Positions 24,533-37,852 of a stretch of DNA of 51,958 nucleotides are shown piece by piece. A program made the position numbers and the translations under genes. The notes below the pieces were generated by a model. It searched no databases. It was not told where the DNA came from and saw only the letters and a program-made list of their open reading frames with translations. This DNA comes from Octopus bimaculoides. Its lineage: Eukaryota. The first letter of the stretch is position 1, and the number at the start of each line of letters is the position of its first letter. The stretch is taken from the NCBI RefSeq assembly GCF_001194135.2, contig NC_068998.1, positions 25,181,164 to 25,233,121 of the forward strand, in the 5' to 3' direction.

Positions 24533-26253
24533 NNNNNNNNNNNNNNNNNNNNNNNNNNNNNNNNNNNNNNNNNNNNNNNNNNNNNNNNNNNNNNNNNNNN
24601 NNNNNNNNNNNNNNNNNNNNNNNNNNNNNNNNNNNNNNNNNNNNNNNNNNNNNNNNNNNNNNNNNNNNNNNNNNNNNNNNNNNNNNNNNNNNNNNNNNNN
24701 NNNNNNNNNNNNNNNNNNNNNNNNNATATAAACTTAGATATATATGTATATAAATATATGCACATACCTATACATATGCATATATAAAAACACACACATG
24801 TACTTGAAGTATGGTTTATGTACACTAAGGAAAAGATAACCTAGTACTCTGTGTTTATATTTTTTGAAATTTCTTTAGTATAATACAGTGACTTGGAAAT
24901 TGAACTTGAGTTTTTTCTAGAAGCTATTTATAAGAAGTTGTTTGCTTATTGGGGAATATAGAAGGGTGTGGTTATAAAATGAGTTAATTTGGCATATTGC
25001 GATGTTTTCTATGAGGCGGCATTGTGGCTGCTGTCAAGAAAATGTATGAATTCCAAATGAAGTAACAGATTTAGCTGTCATTGGCTATTACCGTTGGACG
25101 GGAGTGGCTGTTTCTAAGTGATTTACCCCATGGAGAGACATACGGTAAAATGAGCTCAGAATAAGGAGAATGTTAGAAAATAAATGACCTTTTTAGAGAA
25201 AAATCAGACTTGTTTATGAAAACTTTAAAATAATTGAGTATTACAGAAGTCCGCATTAACAAATGTTGGCAAATGAATTGGATGTATGAGAATAATGGTG
25301 TGTGTTTTATGCCAAAAGTGTACATCAGTATGAAATATTTAATTGTGAATTTGATGGAATGTAATCCTATTTTAGTTCGATTATGCGAGATGCGTATACA
25401 TATAATTAGAGCCATCAACAAAAACACTCATTAAGTCTGGGGATTGCTATGAGAGTGGGTAATTCCTTGGATTATTTGATATTACAGAATTTATTTCGGC
25501 GAGTAGGTATCAGCAAAAAGAAATTGGGTATGAACAAGTAAGGAGTTTCAATAACGACTGATAACAATGTGCGCTGACTATGGTATGTACAGTAATGGTT
25601 TTACTTGATTTAGTAAAACGATGGCTTCCTTGTTCAATGAACATAGCCATAACACATGTATGAAAGTAAATTTAAAAAATAATTATGAATAGCTGCGTGC
25701 GAATATATAAAATAATTGTTGAAAATTAATGGGGGTTGTTTTGGTGGAATTAATTATTTTGTTGATCAGCAAATTTAAAGATGTGTGATTATGTGTGTTT
25801 CGATTTCTGTGCTAGGTGCCAAATATAGATGTCAGTTGAGATCTCCGTGACAGGTAGAGGAGCGGATTTTTCTATATAGTTACTTAGCTGGTAAGCTGGG
25901 TCTATTAGACAGACTCACGGTTAGACTAATCTCACCAGTAGATGTATTTTTAAATGTTTTTATTTTAGACTCAACGTCAAATATTGAGACATAAACAATG
26001 TCACTGTGTATGTAACATGAAAAAAGATGCAATATTTTCAATGATGAACCTGAAGATGGCGGCAGGAGAACACAAATTATATATGTCTCAATCTTTAACG
26101 CATAACACACACGACGCACACACTCGTGCGTGCGAGCGAGCGCGCACACGCACACACACACACACGTGGATATATATATATTTCGAAATGTAACCACATG
26201 TGAATCGTTGGCGATTTTCTTCGTCCGCCTTCTTTTCTATTGGACTTTCCTCT

Positions 26254-26288
26254 GTTTCCGAAGAAGAGCGTTGCTCGAAACGTTAAAC
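26254..26288 (+). ncRNA. Degenerate minimal hammerhead-like motif (Penelope type)
   Basis: Stem I GTTT/AAAC; core CCGAAGA plus an extra A (U4 replaced by C); stem II GAGC/GCTC; GAAA; palindromic ACGT in place of stem III; triplet GTT. Confidence 0.4.
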
Positions 26289-29200
26289 CATCGTTTTTTT
26301 TCCTTGCTAGCGTCTGCTAATACTTCACATGTACCACATTCTTGTGCGTGTTTGTGTTTGTTGTTGTTTTTTTTTATTTACTATATATATAAGTAAATCT
26401 AAGTATAAAAGAATTAGACAGATCAATATAAAAAGTATATTGAATATATGAAATATGAAAATGTATATATGTATACACATAAAAATGCAAAACTAACACA
26501 GATTAGAATTGATATAGAAAATTTAAGGGTTGGAGGAAACGTTTTAGAAATCCAAACGCTGTTTCTGGAGGTTCGGTGGTCTATAATTGTGTTTGTATAT
26601 ATATTCCATCATAGGATGAGACGAGTCTCCGTCTTCAGAGAAGAGATAAGCTCAAATATATNNNNNNNNNNNNNNNNNNNNNNNNNNNNNNNNNNNNNNN
26701 NNNNNNNNNNNNNNNNNNNNNNNNNNNNNNNNNNNNNNNNNNNNNNNNNNNNNNNNNNNNNNNNNNNNNNNNNNNTATATAAGGAACATCTGAAAATGCA
26801 GGAGTCTTTTAAAACTATTTATTAACTTAACCGGTTTCATTAATTTAAAATGCAATTCAAAAGTAAAGTATAAGGCTTTGTGTATCCTCTGTGGTGTTAA
26901 AAATTAGTTTACGTAAGTGTATTCAAATCAAGTGACAAAGATAGAAAAAAGTTTGAGGCTGTGTGTATCCGCTGCGTGAATCAAAAAGTAGTTTATATAA
27001 GAACGTTGAGATCAGGTAAAAAAAAATTCTACACTGATAAGATGATTAAAATTAGTTTGCATAAATATATCTAAATCAAGAAATAGAGTCTCTGACCAGA
27101 AAATAAACGTGTCTGATTTATCAATCAGTCGCTGCTACAATTTTAGTTTCACTGTGACTAGAAACCATAATTGTTTGCAGCACCTTAAATTGAAAAAAAA
27201 AAGGTGAGTAGAGAAATAAAAGATAATTTATAGTTCTTGGATCTGGCTGCTTGGTCTCTGATGCAAGTAATGTATTAGGTAACAAGAAACTAGACTTGCA
27301 GGATGGTATCAAAGTAAAATATTTACTTGTTTGTTGTTACAAAAGAAAAGATTACTTAAATTGTTTACATTACCCAAATGAGTTTAACGTTTCTAAGTAG
27401 GAAATGAAATCGCAGTTGACATCTCATGAGGTCACAGAATAGTTTTGTATTATTCAGTGAAGCAAGTGTAAAGTTGTATAGCAATAGACCATAAAATAAT
27501 GTTATATCTTGACATGAACAATTTGTCGATACTGTGTAATCATCATAATTATTACAGCCGAGAAACCTGCAGTATTATATCATCCCTCTAGCAACACAAA
27601 TTTTATTCCCACATTTTAATGTGGAATGAAGTTAAGCATATGAAGATGACATATATGTTTGCGTGTGTGTGTCTGTGTTTGTGTGGGTGGAAGTGTATGC
27701 GTAAATATTATTATGTACATATATGCCTATATATATATATATATATATNNNNNNNNNNNNNNNNNNNNNNNNNNNNNNNNNNNNNNNNNNNNNNNNNNNN
27801 NNNNNNNNNNNNNNNNNNNNNNNNNNNNNNNNNNNNNNNNNNNNNNNNNNNNNNNNNNNNNNNNNNNNNNNNNNNNNNNNNNNNNNNNNNNNNNNNNNNN
27901 NNNNNNNNNNNNNNNNNNNNNNNNNNNNNNNNNNNNNNNNNNNNNNNNNNNNNNNNNNNNNNNNNNNNNNNNNNNNNNNNNNNNNNNNNNNNNNNNNNNN
28001 NNNNNNNNNNNNNNNNNNNNNNNNNNNNNNNNNNNNNNNNNNNNNNNNNNNNNNNNNNNNNNNNNNNNNNNNNNNNNNNNNNNNNNNNNNNNNNNNNNNN
28101 NNNNNNNNNNNNNNNNNNNNNNNNNNNNNNNNTATATATATATATATATATATATATGAAATGTATGTATAGAATGTATGTATGAGGAATTGAACGAAAC
28201 TCAAATATTAAATTAAAACTGAAATGCAGTAAACGCAGACTGAAAAATCCATCGCAATATAATATTGATGTGAGAAATTTTAGGATAAATTAGAAATTGA
28301 GAAAACTTCAACTTCTTGTATTCAATGCGTGAAATTTATTATAAAAATAGGTCAACCTCTCTTCCAAACACGTTCTTTTACAATGTTCCAAAGCAAATTT
28401 CGTATAGAAATACTCCACTAAAACTGAAATATTGATTTCTTTCCTGTAACGCTTTGTAGATAATTGTTGCAATTCAATTTCCTTATTTTAGTATCATAAA
28501 CCGTAAAGAATGATCCTTGTGTCCATCACTCATATGAATGCAGCAAATACGATGCAATATATCTATGAATTACTGTTGGAATCATTTATTTCTTTCTTAA
28601 TTTCCTCCAAGAAAGTCTTAATGACTTAGAAAATATATTGAAGTCCACTATAGCAAATCTTGCAGCGGTGATTTAGGATTACATATTGAAATATTTTCCG
28701 TTATTACTATATACAAAACCATTAAATGGGATTGCAAACTCAAGCGCTGCTCTAAAGTTTTACTAGAGAAACGGATAGTTTTGATGCAATCCATTTTAAT
28801 GTGTATTACTTCAGTTACATTCATTTCGATGCTATTCCTTAATGGTTCCTAAAAGAAAGGAAAGTATTCTCTGAATAGACATTGAATACACCGCTACTCA
28901 CAACGACCATTTTTATTATGATTTGAAAATAGCATTTACTTCATATTTTCATATTTTCATGTAGATTTATTAGAACAGATTTTGAAGAAAATATTTAGCA
29001 CGTGCTGAAAAGCATACACTCACAGGTACACCACACTTGCAGACACAGACACACTCACGCATACATATATGCACACACACACATATACTTATGTACAATA
29101 ATGTTTCTTTCTATGTCAAGTTAGTTATGTATATAAGCAATTTGACATCAAAGTGAAGGATTACTCAATTTTCTGAGTAGACTATACATTTATTGAACTT

Positions 29201-29519
29201 CTATAAGAAAACGTTCGAATCTGACTGCAAATTTTCGACCTGCTTGCATTTATCAGACTGTCCTATAATCTGGCAAGTTAGTTTTGGCTTTAGGTTTAGC
29301 TATGGAAAATGATAATTAGGTGTGGCACAGGTAGATTGGGAAATTAGTTATGTAGAAACGGGATGTGGGTCCTGCCTACTCACCCGGAGATCGCATTTGC
29401 TAATTCTATGTTCGTGAGACACAACACATACACATGACAACCCACAGTGCCTAGTAATAGTAAGGTTCAGTTATCACATTGTCACTTTAGGTACGCTTTG
29501 TTAAAAAATATCAACCCTC

Positions 29520-30010
29520 TGGCAAATGCCAGCCAAAATATACCACTGTAGACCTAGTTTCCACTGATAAAAGGCCAATATAAACAACATCCCGTCTATA
29601 TCGGTCATCTTACCTTAATTGTAAGCTAATACCACTAAATTTGGTTACTCCCAAGAAAATATCCTTGCCATTTATATGGTCATACTCCATAGAACAATGT
29701 CTGAGCAACTGACTCACGGGAATTTTCCCAACCATGTGCACTACCCAATACAAGGAACTCGATTTGTTTTACTCACTATTCCACTGACGATCCGCCGCTA
29801 AATTGGCGCCAGCATCCTGGTAATACCAGGTGTGAAGATGTAGCTCTAAATTCTGAGAAAGTACCTGGTCTCGCTTTGATAATTGCTTTGATAATTGCCC
29901 AAACACATGCAAGTCCTCATGACTTTTTCCTAAATCTTCTACTCCACCTATTTGCCTCTGAAGCTACCGTGTGGAACGAGCCTCTCAAAATTTAAGTCAG
30001 CCTGGCAGGG
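29520..30010 (+). mobile_element. Possible very old CR1/L2 LINE 3' remnant
   Basis: GC-balanced segment ending in a frame LPCGTSLSKFKSAW followed by a (CA)n tail. Motif similarity is weak. Confidence 0.25.
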
Positions 30011-30347
30011 TCAAACTGTAAAACATACATATACACACACACACATATATATATTATACACACTTATATACACACACATAAATGCATACGCGCACGCACA
30101 CAGACACACACACAGCCACACACACGCACATACGTATATGCTGCTACTTCCTAAACGGTTTTAAGTTATTATGTTGCCATAAATCTGATTACTAAATAAC
30201 TTCGTAAGTGGTTGTTGTGAATATAATACAAAATTACTAGGGAATTCAGTTATTATATAGAAAATAAGGGGTTTTCTATCAAGTTTGGTTTCATATCACA
30301 AATGACAAATGATTATTTCTCCTTATATCATTTTTGAGTTTCCAAAG

Positions 30348-30435
30348 AGGAGAAGTGCAACAGAGAAGTGAACAAGATAGATTGTGAGCAGCTGAGGTCG
30401 AAGTCATATATTAAGAGGCAGAAGATAAATATCGA
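30348..30435 (+). CDS. Candidate exon (phase 1 to 2): (E)EKCNREVNKIDCEQLRSKSYIKRQKINI
   Basis: TTTCCAAAG acceptor, GTGAGT donor, open frame; phase-compatible with the next candidate. Confidence 0.22.
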
Positions 30436-30586
30436 GTGAGTACGTTTTTCAGTCTAATATCAGTAAGATAATCTATCACGTAATGATAGGAACTCTTAAT
30501 CATTTGTTTATATAATATTTATAGATTCCATTCTATGAAGCTTAGATAAAGTCTGTTTAATTATTTATTCTTCTTTATTTATTTAG

Positions 30587-30618
30587 GTGTTTGGGGCAAT
30601 GGAGTTATTCTTTGAAAG
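30587..30618 (+). CDS. Candidate exon (phase 2 to 1): (E)CLGQWSYSLK(G)
   Basis: Strong pyrimidine-rich acceptor TTCTTTATTTATTTAG and a GTAGAG donor. Continues the previous candidate in frame across a 151-nt intron. Confidence 0.22.
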
Positions 30619-31759
30619 GTAGAGGTGAAATTGTGTGAAGAAGTATGTGGTTAAGTATAAAGTAGTATAATATCTGAATATGTAAGAGAAACCAGAACTG
30701 AATCGAATGTATTAGAATGAATATTACATGCTAAATGTGTACGCGCGTAAAGTAATTTAGATATTTTTGTTATCATTCTCCAAACAATCTTTTACAAAGA
30801 TATTTCATTGTAAAAGAGAAATGATTTCCTATTTTGAACTTTGAATCTTGAAACAAAATTATTTTCTAATCAAGGAACGAAATAATAACCAGAAAAAATA
30901 ACTTGCTGAATGAAGATATTTGGGTGTTTACGTACTTATGTGGAGCACAAATTAAAATTCATTCTCATATGAAATCAAATGTATTTTAGATAATTATAGA
31001 TTTGTTTGCAATCATAAAACTGTTTTGAACCAAGGCCCACAAAAAGACCAAGATTTATTGAATAAAAATATGAATATATATCAAATTGTCAAGTCAAGAA
31101 TTGCTTGGTTTCACAGATATTTAATTGGAAGATATGCCAGTGAATGATGTTTAAAGTACGAGTTGCTCTGTTTAAGATGATGTGACAGGTATTTTGTTTT
31201 CGAATGTTACGTGATACCAAAAATATCATAGTCCAAAATAACAATATAGGGCTTCTAGACAGATATCACTTTTCATTATAATAGTCCTCGGAAAGCTGAA
31301 TGCTAAAATTGTAGGTCGAAATGCTCATTGCTTAAAAGATATTTCTGAAAATATCCTGTCTTCTGTAATATGATTGAATAGGGTTTTTAGGATTCCTGCT
31401 TTCACTCTCGTGCAAAGCTCTACACTTATTCTTCCGTTGTTTTAGATTTTACACATTTCCGTGCATTCTTGACGATAAACTCCCCTAGATCAACATGGAC
31501 AGATAAAAGAGAATGAAGACACAGATATATAAATAGATATGTGCAAAAAAAAACATATATATTTTGCATGTGAGGCTTCCCTGTTGATAAAATTGAAATA
31601 ATTTTGTAGATAATTTAAAATTAGAAAAGCTAGGTATATTTGGTCGGATATATAGGTTGATTGTGGTATGGTGTGTGTATACGTGTATACGCGTGCTTAT
31701 ATATTTTCTGATATAAGTGTGTGTGCTTGTGTGTGTATCTGTGTGAATATGTGTGCGTA

Positions 31760-31950
<191 letters not shown>

Positions 31951-31951
31951 A

Positions 31952-32812
31952 AAATTAAGGGATCAGCAACAGTTGCTTCACCACATACCGAAGTTCAGAA
32001 ATAGCAGCTAAAATGCTGAAACTCCAACAGATAGCGTTACCTGTAACTCACATAGGCAAAACAAGAAGAAAAAAATAACGAACTAAACTAATCATAGTTA
32101 ATCATATACATCTTTCTGATCCCTTAATTTTGTTTATAAATGTATAATAACTTTTTAATAAGTTCCTCACCGATAATGGTGCTTACGTACCGAAGGGCTT
32201 GGTAAAAATTATTAATTATTAATTTATTAATAAATTGATAAATTGATAATCCTTTACCCTTTTAATTGTAATAATTATTCACTCCCGGATAGTAAACCAC
32301 AGAATTTCTGCGGTATTGCCTGCGACGTACATGGTAATTCTTGAGGAGGGATGATGAGCTGGCTGGCCTATGTAGGTTTGGGGATGTTTTCAAACTGTGC
32401 TGATTGTATGATGGCGCTCGGTCATACATGCACATTTGCTAGCATCGTCGAATTTGCAACTGGAATATCATATTGATGAGGTAATGATTGAGTTTGTCCT
32501 TCTAAGCCAGAAACATGTATATGATTAACTATGACTAGTTTAGTTCGTTATTTTTTTTCTTCTTGTTTTGCCTATGTGAGTTACAGGTAATGCTATATGT
32601 TGGAGTTTCAGCATTTTAGCTGCTATTTCTGAACTTCGGTATGTGGTGAAGCAACTGTTGCTGATCCGTTAATTTTGTTTATAAATGTATAAGAACTTTT
32701 AAATAAGTTCCTCGCCGATAATGGTGCTTCCATACCGAAGGGCTTGGTAAAAATTATTAATTATTAATTTATTAATAAATTGATAAATTGATAATCCTTT
32801 ACCCTTTTAATT
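31952..32812. mobile_element. Element with inverted plus tandem terminal segments (Penelope-like architecture)
   Basis: 31952-32111 is the reverse complement of ~32515-32677. 32115-32268 is directly repeated at ~32662-32812. The unique middle contains a minus-strand TYIGQ...SRITM frame. The right end runs into an N-gap. Confidence 0.6.
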
Positions 32813-33235
32813 NNNNNNNNNNNNNNNNNNNNNNNNNNNNNNNNNNNNNNNNNNNNNNNNNNNNNNNNNNNNNNNNNNNNNNNNNNNNNNNNNNNNNNNN
32901 NNNNNNNNNNNNNNNNNNNNNNNNNNNNNNNNNNNNNNNNNNNNNNNNNNNNNNNNNNNNNNNNNNNNNNNNNNNNNNNNNNNNNNNNNNNNNNNNNNNN
33001 NNNNNNNNNNNNNNNNNNNNNNNNNNNNNNNNNNNNNNNNNNNNNNNNNNNNNNNNNNNNNNNNNNNNNNNNNNNNNNNNNNNNNNNNNNNNNNNNNNNN
33101 NNNNNNNNNNNNNNNNNNNNNNNNNNNNNNNNNNNNNNNNNNNNNNNNNNNNNNNNNNNNNNNNNNNNNNNNNNNNNNNNNNNNNNNNNNNNNNNNNNNN
33201 NNNNNNNNNNNNNNNNNNNNNNNNNNNNATATATA

Positions 33236-33936
33236 TTGTGTTGGCAACTAAGTTCCCGCCGTTTTTTAAATTTAAATCTTTTAAAAGGTTTAATAAAAAA
33301 AATAACAACTAATTAATCAATAATGTATTCAGCCTTGTTTACAACTTCTTCCCAACGTTCAACAGGATTTTCAATACCTCGTTGGTGGCAATCACTCGAT
33401 TTCGACTCGAAACATTTATCCAACCAAGCTCTTAATTCTACATCAGTATTGAATGAAACTCCGCGCATAGCATTTGAAAGAGATCGAAAGAGGTGGAAAT
33501 CCGTTGGAAATCAGGAGAGTACGGCGGATGTGGCAGCACTTGCCAGCCATGTGTTTGAATGGCTTCTTTGGTCATATTGGTGATATGAGGGCAAACGTTG
33601 TCGTGCAGCAGAACACCATGCTGCCGATTAGGTCTTTTCTCTTCGTTCTAGTCGTTCCATCTGTTGAATATAGAGTTCCGCGATGAACGTTTGGTTCTGT
33701 TTAAGCATTTCGTATTGGATAATCCCTTCCCAGTCCCACCATACGCACAACATCGTGCGATGTTTTACGTGCGGTGTCCTGCTTTACCGAGGCTAAGCCA
33801 TTCCTTACGCTGCTTCATATTGATATACATGCACCATATTTCATCGCCTGTAACGGCCAGAACGAGGTGTGTCTTTGAGGTCAAACTTTCCATTTTTGAA
33901 CTTGGCATACCAATCATGAGCAGTTCTTTCAGCTAT
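33236..33936 (-). mobile_element. mariner (DD34D) transposon, internally deleted and truncated by a gap
   Basis: TIR-like TTGTGTTGGCAACTAAGTTCCCGCCGTTTT after TA at 33234. Minus-strand peptide pieces WYAKFKNG.FDLKDTPRSGR, VTGDEIW, MLCVWWDWEGII, LLHDNVCPH, HPPYSPD. Confidence 0.9.
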
Positions 33937-34658
33937 NNNNNNNNNNGTACGAATAAGCAAAAAGAAATAAATAAAGAAAGAAAGAAAGCATAAGCAGTAA
34001 CGAATGGGTATAAAAGTTTTAAAGGATACACAACTGTTTCAACAACATGCAGAACAGTTACTTAACGAGTAGAAACTAGATACAATAATGCTTTGCACAC
34101 CAACATTGTCACGCGGCAGATACAATAATATGACTCAAGATCGAAATATATTTACTTGTCTACGTTATGCAAATGATCAAACCTGTACGAGACAAATAGC
34201 TGAAAGAAATAACAAAAACCAAGTGTAGTATTGCAAAAGTTATAGGACATAAGCGAGTTTCAAATTAAATTGTTGCATTTGTGTGAAACTAAGGAGGTGA
34301 AAAATATGATTGCATAATGTCTCGATTTGTTTTGTGTTTCGGAATTTCGTTGAAATGGACGATTAAATGACAAAGCTTTGAATACAACACCTGTTTACTA
34401 CTTACTTTCTTCATATTTGGCTCGATCTCTGCGCTCTAGCTCATCCTGAGTTTGGTGTTCGGTGTGTTGTTATACTGTGTACCACAGTGGGTCATGGAAC
34501 CCACTACTGAGCCAGATTTTGTTTGCCTGTTGCACTTTGCTGTGCCTCAATTTTTGATTAATTCACACAGGCACAGAGACCTCCCCATGCATGTGTATGA
34601 ATGTGTGTAAGTGTATGCGCGCATACATACACATATATATGTACATATATCCACACAC

Positions 34659-34698
<40 letters not shown>

Positions 34699-35144
34699 TA
34701 CATACACATACACACACACACANNNNNNNNNNTGCAAGTTTCTGTAAATACAACGTACGTTGAAGCTCGCGTATATATATATATATATATATATATACTA
34801 TGATGCATAAACTGCTGTGATTAATTCCACTTTCATTACATACACAAACATATATATATATGACGAATCCAACGAAAATATCGTCAGGCGCCATGTAGAT
34901 TACACATGACAGTTATCTTTACTTTTCCTTTTTATTATTTCACATAGACGATAAGCAATACGTTTCCTAGGAAAATTTTGTTTTGTCAGCTCTGACATCA
35001 TACTACAGTATAATGTATGTACGTCCATTTTTTGCGAATGATTTTCTCAGCAAATTGGCCGTTGAAATAAAATATGAAACATTATTGGTATGAAGGCTTA
35101 GGCAGTTATGCTATTTCTCTAGGGAATATTGTAATATATTTTTC

Positions 35145-35145
<1 letters not shown>

Positions 35146-35205
<60 letters not shown>

Positions 35206-35266
35206 TATATACAGATAGGGAGAGAGATAGAGAAACAGGGAAACAGAAAGAGAGAGAGAGATACAT
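35146..35266. repeat. (TA)n/(GA)n microsatellite
   Basis: Directly visible. Confidence 0.95.
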
Positions 35267-35759
35267 ATACATATTGTTATATTTCTCTTGCTTACTAACA
35301 AAGAGTAGAGTGATATTCCAGAAAGGTGTGAAGTCTGTTTATTCCAACTGTAAAACTGAAGACTAATAATAACGTAAACCAGAAATCGGGACGCCGAAAC
35401 TGATGCAACACTGAAAGAATCAACAACAAAGTCTCTTTCTAGACTTGGATGTTCTTTTCGATCGTCTAGAGTTGTCCGGTTCATAGTCCGGTACAAGCGG
35501 TTTAGTTTGGGATAGAAGTGGTCTGGTCTGTCGCTGACTTTGTGGCACTTCTTCCAGGATTTCCAGTGGATGATCTTTTGGAAGTTTGGAAATGTTGTCA
35601 GTCCCATCCCCAGGTTCGCAGTTCTCTCTAGAAGCGTAGCACCGACGTAGTTGTTCCTAATGCCGTCTCCATAGTCAGCCATGTGGAAAAACCTCGACGC
35701 TGAAATAGCCGGTACCCAAAGACATCGTGACGAATCCTGCAACCCATCGAGGCTGCTTG

Positions 35760-36570
35760 TCACGGCGAGGTCCATATCACAGGTGCATATACAGGATCAC
35801 CAATCTTGTACTGTTTGGTTACTTCGGTGACATCTCCTGAGTCTGTTCTCATCTCCGTTTTTGATGACACATTGGAGTGCTTGCCCTGAGCTATGTGTGC
35901 TGGAGAGAGAATCAGAGAGTCAATCCTAGTCCGAATCTGCCCGGACATCACGAGTTCGCTTGGGGAGAGTCCACAGGATCTTGGCATTCTCCGATGCTGC
36001 ATCAAAAACTCCTGAAGAGCTCGTTTTGGGGACAGCGAAGAGTTTCGCGGTGCTTGCTTGAAAGAATGCACCAAGCGTTCTGCTGCACCGTTAGTAGCTG
36101 GATGGTATGATGCACCTATCAGGCGTGTGATCCCACGTTCTTTGCACCATCTCTGAAATTCTTCAGAAAGGAAAGTTGATGCATTATCTGTGACCAGCGT
36201 GTGAGGATATCCAAAGTTAGCGAAATCTTCTTTCAGCAGATCTAGAGTGGCTCTAGTGGTTGTGGATGACGTTGGATTAATACATGGATATCGTGAGGAA
36301 GTGTCTGTGATCCCCAGCCAGTTTATACCCATGAAGTTGATGGCAGGATCCATTTGTAAGTGGGCCCATGGCCTTTCTGGTAGCATGCATGGGTGAACTG
36401 CAGGCTTGGATGGCTTGTTTTGATGTTCACCTCACGAGTCAAATTGTCGGCTAGCCATTTCAATAGTTGCATCAATAACAACCCAGTAGACAGATGCTCT
36501 TCCTAATGGGTTTATACGCTCCATGCCGAAGTGTCTGATATGTAGTAGATCTAACATATTGGACTGTAGA
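35760..36570 (-). pseudogene. Gypsy integrase remnant (HHCC finger plus rve core)
   Basis: LDLLHIRHFGMER...VYW; PWAHLQMD; GYPHTLVTDNASTFLSEEFQRWCKERGI; YHPATNGAAERLVHSFKQA. Confidence 0.92.
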
Positions 36571-37400
36571 CTCTATGGAGCAGTTTGTCAGTTTATGGGC
36601 CTTTCCACATCTGCAACACTTCAACTCAGAGTCTGTGGAATTAGACTGGTGGCGGTTTATTCATTGACACTTGTTCTGGGTTTGCTTGACCTTGTTGATA
36701 GGCCTCACCTTGAAATAGTAGGCAAGTACTTTGCCAACCTTCACTGCATCTTCAGTCTCAATTGAGACTTGGACAGCACAAGCTCTGTGTCCTTTATCTT
36801 AAGAAGAACCTTTAAGACAGCTTCGTTTTGTTGATAGAATATATGAATCTTTGTCTAAGTGCTTCATTTTGATGGTTTGTGATACAAGGAAAATCACAGG
36901 TATCAGCGTCTTGTCGTATACCCACTGCCAGTTCCTGGAGAGTTTCGCCAGGCTTCTGTTGCATGTTGCTCCAGAGCTTGAGAAGTTCCCGCGCAATGAA
37001 ATGTTTTGGGTTAAATTGTTCCTTCATAAAACTGGCAATCTTCTCTATTGTCAGCTCATTAATACCCTTTGGTGGACACTAGTTAGTAGCCAGATTCGCT
37101 AGTTGTTTATAAATGGCAACGGTTTAATTTGTCAAAAAAAATTGAGCTTTGCGCTGCTCAGACACAACGTTTGCTACAATGCAGGTGCAAAATCGTGAGC
37201 TGTAATCAGGTCACAATTCAGATGCTGAGTCAAAAGCAACAAATCGTGGGATAGCAGTAGAAGTTGGAATACGGGAACTTGGACTTGAATCTTTTCCAGA
37301 AACTTGAACTTGAATCAGCCTTCTCAAACCTTCCATATCTTCTCTGTGCTGCTGCGTCAGTAGCTCCATTTCTTCCTACTGATGTTGAAGTTGTTGTGTG
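36571..37400 (-). pseudogene. Gypsy gag remnant with zinc knuckle
   Basis: FVAFDSASEL, MKEQFNPKHFIARE..LWSNMQQKPGETLQELAVGIRQDADTCDFP, and the knuckle KCCRCGKAHKLTNC. Confidence 0.82.
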
Positions 37401-37817
37401 AGTAACTTTTTTTCTCCGTTGTTATCAACTTAAAAATAGTTAAATTATTATTTTATCTAAAATGAAGCTTATGTGCAAAACTGGTTGTTTACCTTTCAAA
37501 TAATTATATCTGAGTGTCGAGGTAAAACGTCCACTCCGCAAGAATAGACATTCGTATCCTATCATAAGAGGTCCACTTCACAAAAATGACGACAAATAGA
37601 CGTGTTGTCTGTGATTGAATATACTTCTCTAGTTTACTTGCAACAACGAAAACACAGTGGTAGCATGGAAAAGTGTGAAATCTGCTAATTCCAACTGTAA
37701 AACTCAAGACTAGTAATAGCGTAAACCAAAAATCGAGACGCCTTGTGAACCTCGTCAAGAGTTCTAGAAATTTGAATACTATTGGCTTGCAATCTCCACA
37801 ACATACGCGTGCTCACG

Positions 37818-37852
<35 letters not shown>

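Larger units (their letters stand above)
35270..37800 (-). mobile_element. Ty3/Gypsy LTR retrotransposon, decayed, lacking protease, RT and RNase H
   Basis: Direct repeats (LTR remnants) at ~35270-35410 and ~37615-37745 (TTCCAACTGTAAAACT.AAGACTA.TAATA.CGTAAACCA.AAATCG.GACGCC). Gag and integrase remnants lie between them. Confidence 0.88.

Noticed and set aside
26054-26064. Perfect YY1-like motif AAGATGGCGGC with an ATG
   Set aside because: The ORF runs straight into a (CA)n tract and there is no other promoter evidence; one 11-mer is not enough.
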